DNA of 64,000 nucleotides from Guillardia theta CCMP2712 (lineage: Eukaryota; Protista; Cryptophyta): the NCBI RefSeq assembly GCF_000315625.1, contig NW_005434638.1, positions 464,121 to 528,120 on the forward strand, given 5' to 3'. The notes under the pieces are model-generated. The model worked only from the letters and a program-made list of their open reading frames with translations. It was not told the DNA's origin and did no database searches. Below, piece by piece: positions 11,477-23,913 of the stretch. Positions within the stretch are counted from its first letter, which is position 1, and each line of letters opens with the position of its first letter. Both the position numbers and the translations under genes were made by a program.

Positions 11477-13912
11477 TTACAGCAGATCCGCTCGTTTGCC
11501 GCACAGCCCTCGAGCCTGCTGGAACGTGAGGAGGTGAATCCCGCATGAGGCGAGCGCATCCTCGCGGTAGCGGCTGGCAGGATCATCAAGAGTGTCAACA
11601 AGCCTTCGCATGTCCTTGACCGGCATGGCGAGGAGGATGCCGGTCTCCTTGAGCCGCTTGAGGAGGTTGGCGGGTTTGCTGGTGAAGGGAGCGAACAGGC
11701 CGGTGATGAGGCCGAGGTCCAAGTTGATCTGAGCGGCAGTGAGGGGGCTTATGACCCCCAGGCTGCTAATCCGCTCGAAGAGAAGTCCGTCCACCCGCTC
11801 CGCCACGCTGCTCCAGACGCGCACGCGAGCCTGCGGGTGGAGGGAGACGAGGATCGTGTGCAAGTGAGCCCGAAGGATCTCGAGGGGCTCGCACATGTCC
11901 GAGCTCATCTCCGTCACCTCCAGCACCGTCGGGTCGAAGGTCCTGCTCGTGCTCCTGCCCTGCTGCAGGTACCCCAGCGACGCGTCCTCGAAGTCTCTCG
12001 CTATCACCGAGATGATCTGCTCCGCACAGTCCTGGGAGACGGCGAGAAACTCCCGACTTGTCTGGAGGAAAATCTCGTAGATCTCCTCGTTCGCCTGCGC
12101 TGCCTGCATGCCGCCCTCAAACGTGTTCAACACATCCTCGTCTACAAACTCCTCTAGCGCAAGGCTGCAGTATCGGGCCGAGCAACAGATCCCGCAGAAG
12201 CTACTCAGCTCACAATCCTCCATCTCCTCCTCTCGACTAGCGTGCTCTGTGCTCGCCACGTACACGACAGCATCGATGGCATTCTTGGCCAGTCGACCCG
12301 TCAGCTTCTGGTTGCTCTGCTGCATCTCCTTCCTCCAGCTGGACTTTTTCTCCCAGCGGCGAATCCAATCCGTCGCCTTGTCTCGCAGGCCCTCCAGGTA
12401 CGGGACGAGGATGTGATCCTCTTGCACCTGCTTCGCAAACTTGACGCGCAGCTGGTCAGACAGCGTCGCACAGCGAGATACCACGTCCTCCACTGCCGCT
12501 ATCACACCCTGTGCGCTCCTGGAGCCCCAGTCGTGCAGGTACCGCATGCGCAGGGCGTGCGAGTCGTCAGCGTCGTCCTGCAGCTGGGAGGAGACGTGGC
12601 AGATGCGCATCTCCTCGTCGCTGCTGAGCCACAGGCGGACTTGCTCAGCACGCGAGAGCGACTCGAGCTGCAGCCAGCGGGCCATGAGGTTGTCCAAACG
12701 TGCGATCCTCGCCATGCAGGAGACGTCGCTGCTCCGGAAGGAGCCGATCCCCGAGGAGCTCAGCAGGCTGGCGATGGTCTTGTCGAATTGGAGCGCCTCG
12801 CTGATCGTCAACATCAGCAGACTCCCTTCCTCCACCAGCAGGTTGCTGTCAGCTTTGACCTTGTCGCTGCATTGCTGCGCGAGCGCGGAAGCGAATTGAA
12901 CAGCAGGGTTGTAGTCGAGGAAGCGATCATGCAAGGATGCTCGGACCAGAGGCTGGACCACCCGGATAAGGAAGGGAAGATGCTCCTTGAGGCGAGAGAG
13001 CTGGTACGAGAAGTACCAGTCGGGCTTGTCTAGGCGGTTCGTTGACCTGGTTGATCGGAAATGGTAGGTGAAACGGAGAGCGAGGGGAGCGAGCAAGGTC
13101 TGGAGAGCCCAGGACTCGAAGCGAGGAGGCTTCTTCTCCTGCTCCTCTGCCTGCAGACAGGCCACCTGCAGTCTTGTCATCTTGTGAATGGCGAGACTCA
13201 TTCGCTGCATGCCCCCAGCCCCTCCTTTGCCTCCTTTGCCCTTTGACTGGACCTCCCCGAGCTCGACGACCTTCATCGCCTCTTCCTCCGCATCATCGGA
13301 CAAGACAAGAGGCTTCGGCCATCCCACCTCCTTCATGACGGCGGAGAATTCTTCGGAGAGCTCCTTCTTCTCTCCTTCCACCAGACTCCCAAGTTTGGCC
13401 TGCACGGCCTGGCGGATGGAAGCGCTGAAGGTGCATTCCTGCAGCAGCTCTGACAAGGACGCGATGTTGGGCTTGCCATCTCCCGCTAGAACGACTTGCA
13501 TCGATTTCTCCAGCATCTCCGCCATCTTCTTCACGTCTTGCGTCTGCTGCACCTTCAGCTGTAGCTCCTCGAGCTCGTGGAACGCTCCTCCGCTCCCCCC
13601 TTTCTCCTTCAGCTCCCCGAGCTTCTCGACTAGCCTCCTTCTGCCCTGCTCCAGCTCCTCGACATGCCGAGTGCTCTCCTGTACTCTTCGTTGCGCCTCC
13701 AGGAGGCCTTTCCCCACTTGGCCCTCGAGGCTCAGGAGCAGGGAGAGATTCTTCTTCCGCTCTCCCTGCCTCTCCGTCACTGCTCTCATCCAGCCCATCA
13801 GGTCTCCCTCTCCCTTCCTCTCCTTCCCTTCTCCCGCCCTCTCCTCTTCTCCCATCGTCTTCCTCATCTCCTCCACCGCCCATGCCCGCAGCCCCTCCAT
13901 CGCCATTGCCAC
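11477..13912 (-). CDS. RINT1: RINT1/TIP20 family ER tethering complex subunit; intronless
   Basis: Signature LRFTYHFRSTRSTNRLDKPDWYF; 811-aa helical protein. Confidence 0.9.
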   Translation of the reverse strand: MAMAMEGLRAWAVEEMRKTMGEEERAGEGKERKGEGDLMGWMRAVTERQGERKKNLSLLLSLEGQVGKGLLEAQRRVQESTRHVEELEQGRRRLVEKLGELKEKGGSGGAFHELEELQLKVQQTQDVKKMAEMLEKSMQVVLAGDGKPNIASLSELLQECTFSASIRQAVQAKLGSLVEGEKKELSEEFSAVMKEVGWPKPLVLSDDAEEEAMKVVELGEVQSKGKGGKGGAGGMQRMSLAIHKMTRLQVACLQAEEQEKKPPRFESWALQTLLAPLALRFTYHFRSTRSTNRLDKPDWYFSYQLSRLKEHLPFLIRVVQPLVRASLHDRFLDYNPAVQFASALAQQCSDKVKADSNLLVEEGSLLMLTISEALQFDKTIASLLSSSGIGSFRSSDVSCMARIARLDNLMARWLQLESLSRAEQVRLWLSSDEEMRICHVSSQLQDDADDSHALRMRYLHDWGSRSAQGVIAAVEDVVSRCATLSDQLRVKFAKQVQEDHILVPYLEGLRDKATDWIRRWEKKSSWRKEMQQSNQKLTGRLAKNAIDAVVYVASTEHASREEEMEDCELSSFCGICCSARYCSLALEEFVDEDVLNTFEGGMQAAQANEEIYEIFLQTSREFLAVSQDCAEQIISVIARDFEDASLGYLQQGRSTSRTFDPTVLEVTEMSSDMCEPLEILRAHLHTILVSLHPQARVRVWSSVAERVDGLLFERISSLGVISPLTAAQINLDLGLITGLFAPFTSKPANLLKRLKETGILLAMPVKDMRRLVDTLDDPASRYREDALASCGIHLLTFQQARGLCGKRADLL

Positions 13913-14200
13913 GGGTGAGACGGGCCCTCATCCCCGCTTGTAACCATCATCTCCCTCATACTCCAAGGTCAATGAGGTCGAGGAGGTCGAGGAGGAGATC
14001 ACAACTAGATTTTGTCGACAAGAGGTCAGGTGAGGGTCAGGTGGGGCTCAGGTGGGGGTTCATGTGTGCAGGTGGGGGGTCAAGTGGGAGGTGAAGACTT
14101 TATTTGTCCGCTTTCCCTCACTTTCACCTCCGTCGCTTCACATCAAGTCTGCCAGCCTCGCCCTTCCATCCTCGTACATGCCAGCATGCCATGATCCTCC

Positions 14201-16054
14201 TCAGAAGTCTGGAGCAGCTCCCATCCGGCGGATCTGATCCCGAAGAGCCTCAACCTGCCGAGCAGCATGAGGCGCCAACAGACGAGCAGCAGCAGCAGGT
14301 CGAGGACGAGCAGGAAGGAGAAGCAGACCTGAGCTTCGGCCGTCAACGAAGTTCCTGACGCGTTGCAAGCTGCTCGAGCTGCCGTCGTCAAGGCACCGAG
14401 CTGTGGACGTGAAATCAGTCAGTCTGCCTCCTCTCTCTCCGAGCGACTCACCAGGAAGGCCGAGGGGCTCCTGTGATCTTTCCGCTTCGCCTTCGCCAGC
14501 CGCGTCTGCAAGTCCGTCAGCCACTACGTCTCAGCTGCAGCTGGCAGCACCTTGACGTGACGGAGGACGGAGCAGGCAACGGTGGGCTGAAGAGGAAGAG
14601 TGAGAGGGAGAGAGGGAGAGCGAGCTGCAGCCACCTGCATCCCCAAGAGGAGCGAGACGTGCGGCTTCTCGAAGTCAGAGTCCTCGAAGCAGGTCTGAGG
14701 GAGCGTGTGAGGGCGACGAGTCGGCATGCGGGAGGGGAGACGGACGCGACCTGACTTGTCAGCTCCTTGACACACTTCTTCACGGCTGGATTCAAGTCGC
14801 TGCTGTGAACGCCTTGGAAGTTGGTCATGTTGTTCTAGACGACCAACGTCAGGCGATCATCGCTGAAGACAAAGAGGAGAGGATGAAGGCCGCGAGAGCG
14901 CTGGGACGAGGAAGCCAGGAACATGTGAAGGAGAGTGAGAAAGGAGAAGGGGAGCAAGGGAGGGGAGGGGAGGCAGGAGAGGGGAGGCAGGGGGCAAGCA
15001 AGGAGGTAAGGAGATTTCTGGGCCTGACCGTCGAAGACTCGAAGGGCTTTTCCTTCTTGACCCGAGCGTCTCTCTGCAGGATCCGTCAGAGGGGAGGAAG
15101 GATACTCGGAGCGTCACCTCCTCCCTCGCCCGATCCTTAGAGGAGAGGAGGATGTTGTGAAGGAGAGCCGCGGGCTTCCTCACCTGCACCATCCAGTCAA
15201 GAGGAGGAAGGACAACAAGTGACGCGATGAAGACAGGAGGGAAGATGAAGAAGAGCTAGGAAGCGAGAGAAGATGGCAGAAAGAGGAGGACGAGGATGAC
15301 GAAGATGGATCGATAGATGGGAGGAGGAGGAGGAGGAGGAGGAGGAGAGGGAGAAAGTTGTAGATGCCACGAGACCTCTGTGCGCTTCGACGCGAACTGC
15401 AACAGCATGGTCCTGGCGAGCTTCACGATGGGGAGCAGATCCTGTGAGGAATGAGGCCGGGCAGGAGGAAGGAGGACCTCGCAGACCTGCAGGGGGATGC
15501 CGGCGAGGACCTGAAAGTGCTGCTTGTCAACGTCGAAGACACTGACGCAGGTCCCATGGCAGAGCTCCTGGAAGAGGTGCGGGAGCATCGAGTTCTGATC
15601 CGTCTTGCGCTGAACTTTGTTGGCAGGGTTGACGAGGTTGAGGCTCCTCTTGACTGCCTCACGCGATCGCAACAAGACCTGAGAAGCAGTTAATGACCTG
15701 AGAAACTGCCTGACTGTCCCTGACTGCCTGACTCAATGACTCCCTCATTGCTTTACTCCCTCCATCCATTCTTTTATCCTCCTCCCCTCCACTCTTGCCA
15801 GGTCTTCCGCCACCGCCTGCCTCTTTCCTCTGCCTGCCTCCTTCATTCGCTCACCTGTTGGATCCACCCTGGCAGGTCGCCAGCAGCTTGCTGCGTGCGA
15901 GGAGTTTGAAGCAGGAGGGTTCTGGCGGTCTCTGTGCTCGCGAGGTCAGTGGGAGGAGGAGCATGAGTAGGAGCAGGAAGAGCAGAACCTGCTGCTGTTA
16001 CTGCTACTGCTGCTGCTGCTGGAGAAGCAGGAGCAGGAGCAGGAGCTGCTGTTG

Positions 16055-16098
<44 letters not shown>

Positions 16099-16100
16099 GA

Positions 16101-16153
<53 letters not shown>

Positions 16154-19100
16154 TAACAACAGCAGCAGGAGGAGCAGGAGCAGGAGCAGGAGGAGCAGGA
16201 GAAGGAACTCAGGGGCTCACCAAGGAAGACGTTGGCGTCGGAGAACGTCAGGCCCCACAGAAGTTCCCGATGCTGGCCATTGAAGTCCGCCTCGGAGTAG
16301 GTCGTGCCCCTCAGCACCTCACTGAGCACCTCAGTGACTGGGATGCACTGTACGAAGACGTCCGAGCCCGGCCCCCCCCTCTGCTCCGAGTAGCCGGCTG
16401 GAAAGTAGCCCTCCTTCTCCTTCCCCAGCACCTTCCCAGCTCCTTCCTGCCCGTTCTCGTCCCGGGGCTGACTTCTCTGGAGTTGAGCCTTGTGGAGCAA
16501 AAAGTGAGAAGAGGGAGGGAGGGAGGGAGGGAGTGAGTGAGTGAGGGAGGGAGGGAGGGAAGGAGGGAGGGAGAGGAGAGGAGAGAGGAGAGGAGAGGAG
16601 AGGAGGAGGGGAGGGGAGGGGAGGGGAGGGGAGGGGAGGAGAGGAGCTCTGGCTCACCTTGAAGATCTCTTCGATGGAGGGAACAAGCATCTCCTGCTGC
16701 TGCCCGTTGACATCTTGACCGTCTGATACCAACAGTGACAAGTCTTCCTTGCGGGAGGACAGCTCACCGCCGTCGACCATGCTGGACAAGCCGTTCTGCT
16801 CCACACCGACTACATCCCTCCCTTGAGAACCAGCTGGGTTAGAGGAGACGTTCCCCTCCCCTTGGGCCTGCAGAGAAGAGGAGGAGGAGAAGGACGTCTC
16901 CTTCAGCAGGCCTGGAGCTGCAGCATCCCACGACGAGAAGCTCGTCATCCCTCCTTGGTAGCTCGACTCAGTCGGGGTTGAATTGGCCGACCCTTTGCCG
17001 CTCCGTCCGCGCATGAAGAGAAGCTCATGCTCTGTGTCGTCGAGGAGACCGGAAGGGATGGAGGAGATGAGCGAGGAGTACTCCTCCGCCTCATCCATCT
17101 CGTGCATCCCCGGCGCCTTCCACAGCAGCTGATGCCGGTCGGGCCCATGCAGCTCCCCTTGAGCTGCCGCCTGTTGAGGCAGAAGAACCGCAGGGACGTC
17201 GAAGGTATCGAAGGGCTGGAACCTCGCCGGCTGACTCTGCATCGGCTCCTTACTCGCGGTGTTGAGCGGCAAGGCGTTGGCGTCGGCGAAGGGCGAGTAG
17301 ACGAGAGGGCTGGTGAAGAGCGAAGCTCCCGGCTTTGCCTGCTGGCCCATGATGTCGCCGAATGATCGCGACGGTTGCGGCTGCAAGTTTAGCCCATACT
17401 GATCCATCGATGCCTGCGGGTCGGGCGCGCTCTCCTGCTGCAGGCGGGTCAGAGGAGGAGGAGGAGGAGGAGGAGGAGGAGGAGGAGGAGGAGGAGGAAG
17501 CAGACAGAGAGACAGAAATAGAGGAAACAAGAGGCAAGGGAAGGACAGGGGTTGGGAGGGGGAACGGGGAGGGAAAGGTCTTACCCCTTCAGCGCTTGCA
17601 TTCGCCATCTCCCACGAGCCGACAAACTTGCCGTGCACGAAGTATCCCTCCGTCTCAGGGCTGTCGAAGGCAAAGGCTTCCTCCTGCCCCAGGTCGTTGC
17701 CCTCCTCGCCCTCCTGCTTCTGATGCAACTCGTCCAGCGTCACTCCTCCAAGACTCGAAGGCTTCTCGTGCACGTCGTTTGGTTTCTTCATGCCCAGATC
17801 GCCATCGTTCAAGACGACCGGAGGGATTCTCCCCGGAAACACATCTCCGAGGCCCTTCAAGACCTTGTCATCCTCCATGCCCGCTCCCCTTGGGTCATCT
17901 GCACTCGCTATGATCTTCTCGGCATGGAAGACGACGGGCGACATGCGAGCTGTCGCGCTGCCCTCCCACTGGTTCGCTCGCAGCAACGAGGGATCGGCAG
18001 CCATCTGCTTCGACGGCATGGCGGTCATGACTGGCAGAGTGACAGCAGGATCAGGTTGAAACGGCGAAGTCATCCTAGGGATCCCCAAGTTGGCCTGGAG
18101 CTTCTCGCTCCAGGTGGGCTCAGAGGAGCCGAAGGAAGCAGAGGGAGGCTGAGGCGCCGAGCTAGAGGAGGAGAAGGAGAGACCTAGGCTAGGGAACCCC
18201 TGAGCCTCGGGGTCCAGCTGTTCCGTGGGGTTGGGACTTTGGCTATGATACATATTCAAACAAGCCGTCGGCTTCGTGTCTGACTCCAACGTGCCATCAG
18301 CAAAGGCAGAGAGGACGGAGGGCTCGCGCGCGTCCAGCACAGCATCTTGCGCATCCATCGCTTTCATCTCCGGGGGAAACAAGCTCCCTACCGCATCCTG
18401 CACGTTCCACGAGTTGGCAGGCGCTACTTCGGGAGAATTTCTCCTGTAAAACGATTCGTTCTTGGACCCATCCCTTGCCTGCCTCTCTCCTTCAGAGATA
18501 ATCTGAAGCAATTCGTCTTCGTGTTTCACCCCCTTGACTATGAACTGATTGTTGTTCACCAGTGGTTGTTTGCCTGGAATGTACAGCGAAACTTCCTTCG
18601 ACCAGTCTCTCCACTTCCCCATCACAAACGCACGGACCTGAAACCTGTGCAGCCCCTCCGGCAAGTCAGTGCAGACGCAGTCCAGACCCTCGTCGCTCCG
18701 TTGCTTCTTGCCCTCCACTCCATCTATCTTCAACTGGTAAGTCGTCGGCAAAGAACCAATGGGAGGCTTCCATGAGACGACGACAGTCTGCTGGTCCTCC
18801 AGCACCCTCGCTGAGACTGCATCAGGCACACATTGACCGTTGCTTGACCGCAAGAACCCCTTGATCACACTCCACCCGCTGCTCCCTGTGCTGGAGACAG
18901 CACGCACACGAAACTTGTACGTCTTTCCCGGCTCGACAGTGTGCGAGTGCTGGGTTGCGCTACCCACGTACACCTCATAGAAGTTCGTGCTGCCCTCTCC
19001 GCCTTCATCGATCTCAACGTGATAGGTGATGCTTGAACCGGCACCCTCCGGTCTATCCCAAGAGCAGATTGCGATCAGAGTATCGTTCTCTCCCTCGACT

Positions 19101-22100
19101 ATGAGCGACTGCAAGTTGGTTGGCACAGGCAGGGTGGAGTCAGTCCGGAAGACGACCGCTGGCCCGAAATCTCCATACCCGCTCTTATTCTTCGCCTGCA
19201 CCCTGATACGATAACCATAGCCCGGCCTCAACCCCGCGACGTCCAGTCGAGTCTCGTCTGACTTGGTCGCAAGGAACTCTGGTATCATCCCCTTGACCTC
19301 TGTGCTCTCCGGAATGATGTGAACTCGATAACTTTCAATCGCAAGGTATCCCACCGGCGCCTCCCACCGGATGCTCAACGACGTAGGACGAGATGTGATC
19401 AGCCGAGGCACTCCTGGAGCGCCAGGAACGGGCAAGGCTGTAGAGAAGTTGAACTGCTCGGAAAGGCTGCCCCAACCAGTTCGGTTCGCACAACGGATGC
19501 GAATCGAGTACTTGTAGTCCGGTACCAAATCGCCGATCTCCGCCTCGCTCTTTTCACCAGCAACGTCCAACTTCCGCAGATCTTTGTCGCACTTCACCTC
19601 TAACTGATACGAAACGATCGCCGCACCCCCGTCGTCGCTGGGGGGTTCCCACCCGATAGTCACAGTGGACGAGCCTCTGTTCAGCATCGAGATGTTCGTC
19701 GGGGGTGCTGGCACGCTCGGCAGCGTTTCAAGGACAGAAACAGCTCCGGGCTCACTCTCACCGATGAGGTTGCACGCTATCACACGAACATGATACTTCT
19801 TCCCTGCCGTCAAACCCTCACGCAGCTCGCATGTGCACTCCTTCCCTTCCCAGGCAACCGTGAACTTCATCTTCTTGCTGTTCGCCGCACCGACCGCCTC
19901 CGCCAGCTGCACACGATAAGACGTGATCTCAGCTCCGTTACACTCCGGCTCCGTCCATCTGATCCGCAGACTTGTCTTGTTTGCCTTCACAAGGATAGGA
20001 GCGCTACACATCGCTGGAGGGCTAGAGATCCCTGAAGTGGTAAACAGAGGACTATACTGTCCTGCGCCCTCCCCGTTACATGCCTTCACCCTGAACTTGT
20101 ACACCTTGCCAGCCTCCAGGCCCCTCACGGAATGGCGAGTAGCATTGCCGTTCATGATGACCATGAAAGGACTGCCAGAGGTAAAGTCCTGCTGCTCCAA
20201 GATGTAATTCGAGATGGGGTCACCATTTGAGTTGGGAACGTCCCATTCGAGAGTGATTCCTCCATGCTTCTCGTTAGCATCTTCGACTGTACGAATCTCA
20301 ACTGGAGCAGAGGGCACAGATGCCGAAGTGTAGAAGAATGCAGGTGGGCAGAAATTCCCAGCCCCTTCGTCGTTCATTGCTCGCACTTGAAATCCATAGC
20401 AGGAGCCTGGAGACAACTTATTGCATTTCCACGACGTTTCTCCAGGGCCCAACACAGGAGTTGCCCTAACCCAAGACTCTTCAGGCACTAAATTCCCACC
20501 CTCGTCCATCATCGCTTTGCACCATTCCACCTCATACCCCGTAATATCCAAGCCCCCTGACTCAGGCTGAACCCATTTAATCTTCAAGGCTGTCCGGCTC
20601 TTAGTAGACAACGTGATCTTGTCAGGAGCAGACGGGACAGCAGCAAGAGTCTTGAAGATTCCCTTGGTATCGAACATCGTCATGGCACCATGGCAGGGTT
20701 TGAATATTGTCTTGGCGATTGCCAGGACCTTGTACTCCCTCCCTGGCATCAAATCGCCAATCTCACAATAGTATTTGCCATCCTCTTTGACGTCATTCCT
20801 CTCCAAGGTGCACACATTGCGATACCCTGTACCACACCCACCATCGTAAACGAATCGACATCGTATGGTTTGTTCTGGAAACGTAGGCTTCCAACGTACC
20901 ACTAACCTATCCTGCAGAGCTTGAACCAACTCTACAACGTTGACTTTTTCATCTGACTCAGTGCATGGGGCTTTAGAATTGCCTTCACCACCTCTATCCC
21001 GCTCTATCCCTTCGAAGTTTAGCTCATCGCTGAGATCCATTTGCAGCGAACCTTGAACGTCTCGGCTTTCAGATGAATGAAATATTCCGCCGCAATGCTC
21101 GAAGAGCATATCCGACGTGAGGCACTGCAATGACGACGATCGTGCAAATCGGCCGTCTATTGAATTGACGGCGATCGTATCAAGTGCAAATTGTTGCTCT
21201 GACGTGTTTCCCTGTTGCTCAGAACCTTCCCTCCCAGACTTGTCTTGGGTCTGCACTGGCATTTTCCGTAGCCTGACTGAAGCATTCACAGCTGATTCAA
21301 AATCCATGTGTCGCAGAGCATCGACAATCTCCAACATTTGTTTTTCCGACACATTCCTTTCGTGACACCCGAATTGTTTCAGGGCCGACATCGTATCTAT
21401 ACCAAGAGCTGCAAGAGCCGCAAGGCATCCGTCTCGGACGTAGTGATTCGACGAGAGAGCATTCGAAACCAAGCTCTGAACCATCTTGACCGCCTCGACG
21501 TGGTCGAGAAGAGTCACCTGTCCAAACGAGGTGGCAGATAGCGAGGCGATGCAGCAAGCAGCATCACAAACGTGGAAAAAATCAGAAGATCTCAAGAGTC
21601 TTGACAGAGCTATGATGACGCCGTCCACAAAATCAATTTGGACAAGTAGGGCTCGCAAGAAGGTCTTATCTCTGGTAAAACTTCGTATCGCCCACGCAGC
21701 ATCAGACACATAATCCTCACAGGCCAGCTTCAAGACTCTGAAGATGCCTGTCAACAATAGTTGATGAGTATATTTGCACCACAATCAGAGGTTTGAACCT
21801 TTCACGAAGGTCTCGACATCAAAGTACGCCATGATTAACTCCCTCCCAGTTTCGAAATGTGCAATGTTTCCAAGTGAATACACAACATCCGCCACCGCTT
21901 GTTCTAGTCGGAACTGCAAGAACACCCTCATTATGGGGAAAGCTGAATACCAGAGATCTGCTACGTAGTGCTCGGTCTAAAAACATCCTCATCAGTCGGG
22001 GAATTCAGTGGAAGTTTTCGATACCGCATCAGGATCTTGTCGCGAGGAATAAGCAAATAGCAATGACTCATTTGTCTCATCAAACATCCATTCCATTTGC

Positions 22101-22940
22101 GTGGTGTTTGAAAATTTTTCGAGGATGAGGTTGACAGGAAAATTCTGCAAAATAAAATTCAACCTCATCTCTTCGCGACTGCGATCGTTGTCACCATCAA
22201 AATATTCCGCCTTGCTTTCGTATTTTCACTCAGGCGCTGCACGAAGAAGACAGCTGTAATACCAATAAGTCTCCTTATACACAACGGATGCAAGACGTCT
22301 GTCACATACCAAAGACTGCAAACTGTCGATTTTTGTGAGAGGCACATTTCGACAAGCACGAGAACAGTCGATCGCACAAATCCTCAACACTGAATTACAC
22401 AAGGACAGTTAATTGCCAGAAGTTGAAGGACCAGCCAGTCACCTCTTTTCATCTTGGAGAAAGAGGTTGTCAACAAGTTCCTTGTTCTTGCAGATCGCCC
22501 AGATCGCACCCAGCATAATCGCTTCTCTCTGCATCAACGTCAACCATCATGGAAAATGTGGAAGAGGTTCAAGACAACCCGTGCGTCATCTGGCTCCCCC
22601 GTCACGACGGATAACAGGTGACTCACAATCTTGTGGACGGTCTTGATCGACAATGCTTCCTTAAGCGCCTGCCAGCACATGCAGCCGTCATCCCAAGGCT
22701 CGTGTCCCCGTGAGGCATCTAGTCTTGCCTGTATCAGACTGCTTGTTGTCGACCCATTCACAGCCAACTCGTGTGCGAGCTGCTCTGCACCTAGCGTCGA
22801 CTATCTTCAGCGACTTTAGGCTCGGCATGCAGGCAATACCTTTTCTCAGCTCGTTCTCGCTGTTCGACGACAGCATGCGCAGAAGAGAGGGCTCCATGCT
22901 GAAAGTTTCAGACAAGAGGAGCTCTGCTCTGCTCTCTTGA
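14201..22940 (-). CDS. Large protein: ARM/HEAT-like N-terminus, ~8 fibronectin type III repeats, P/S-rich linker, unknown C-terminal domain; multi-exon
   Basis: Eight FN3 units (P.AP...W.....Y.V...L.PG..Y.FRV.A.N) at ~18575-20940; helical AAWAIRSF/AACCIASL repeats; in-frame splicing EEIFK|AQLQRS links to exons down to ~14201; start uncertain (22940-23200). Confidence 0.75.
15960..16205. repeat. Compound (CTG)n/(AGCAGG)n microsatellite in intron
   Basis: Visible tandem arrays. Confidence 0.9.
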
Positions 22941-23509
22941 AAAGGGGAGATGCCAGGATGAGAAAGTAACTCAAACTAGTTGGACCCCCGTGAAAGGCGG
23001 GAAAGTGATCGAGGAAATATTACAGGCAGCCTGCTGCTGCGACCCCCGTCACGAGGAAGCAAATGAATCTGTCAGGGGGCGAGGGAGTCAGCAGAGCTCC
23101 AAGGTCTTGAGATGAACAAGGAAGCTGAGTTGACAGAGCATCATTTGGCTAGCGGGAAGGCGAGCTTCTGTCGCCTCCTCCCGCCATCGCTGCAGTCGCC
23201 GCCTGTCCCCGGCATGCCCATGGTTGGCAAGGGAAGCCTCACGCTGGACTGGGGTGGTCACTCAGTATACTACCGGTACCGTTTCAAAGAAAGCAAATGA
23301 CCCACCACATTCCCATAAATATGTGGCTCTAAGAGGGGGTAGTTGCAGCATCGAATTTGGGACACCGGGGTACAAAGATTTACAAAGGGGTCAAGGGGTG
23401 GATGGTTACAATTCTGAGTATGATTGAATAGTTTTTAGTATATTTCAAATTTGAAGACTCCGAAACGAAACCTCTATCCTGAAATCAATAAAAAGAGTTT
23501 TAGTAAATT

Positions 23510-23800
23510 ATGGCCCGGCTACGGAGTACCGTGACCCCCGGCCGCGGGCCGGCCCGGACTCCGCCGGGCCGCCGCGCCTCCGACCACCGTTACCGTCACG
23601 GTGAGGACTCAGCCTGTTTAAGTTTGGCTCGGAGTACAAGGCTGGCATCATAAGTTCAACATCTCACGGTCGAGTCAATCATTCGGAGTTACAGTGAACC
23701 GTTGAACGGCGACTGTCACGGTTCCGAAGTTCGGTGCCGGGCGGCAAGCGGCCCGCCGCCGCGGCCGGGCCTTCACGTTCCTGAACTTGGGAAGTTCGTC
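23510..23800. promoter_or_regulatory. GC/CCGG-rich intergenic island upstream of the FN3 gene
   Basis: Same vocabulary as the other islands (CCGG, ACGGT, GAGTCA, AACCGTTGAAC 23697-23707); GGGGT-rich flank 23250-23420. Confidence 0.45.
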
Positions 23801-23913
23801 TCAGGCCTATTGCGAGTCAGTTTTGAGGCGATTTAGAATTTACTAGAAACAATAAGAAAGGCGTGCAGGCCTCAACTTGGCATCGCAAAACGTCGCAGTG
23901 AACAATATTGACC

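Noticed and set aside
16331-21784. 1817-aa ORF as a single exon
   Set aside because: Reads through in-frame low-complexity introns (~17443-17584, ~16491-16657) and lacks upstream exons
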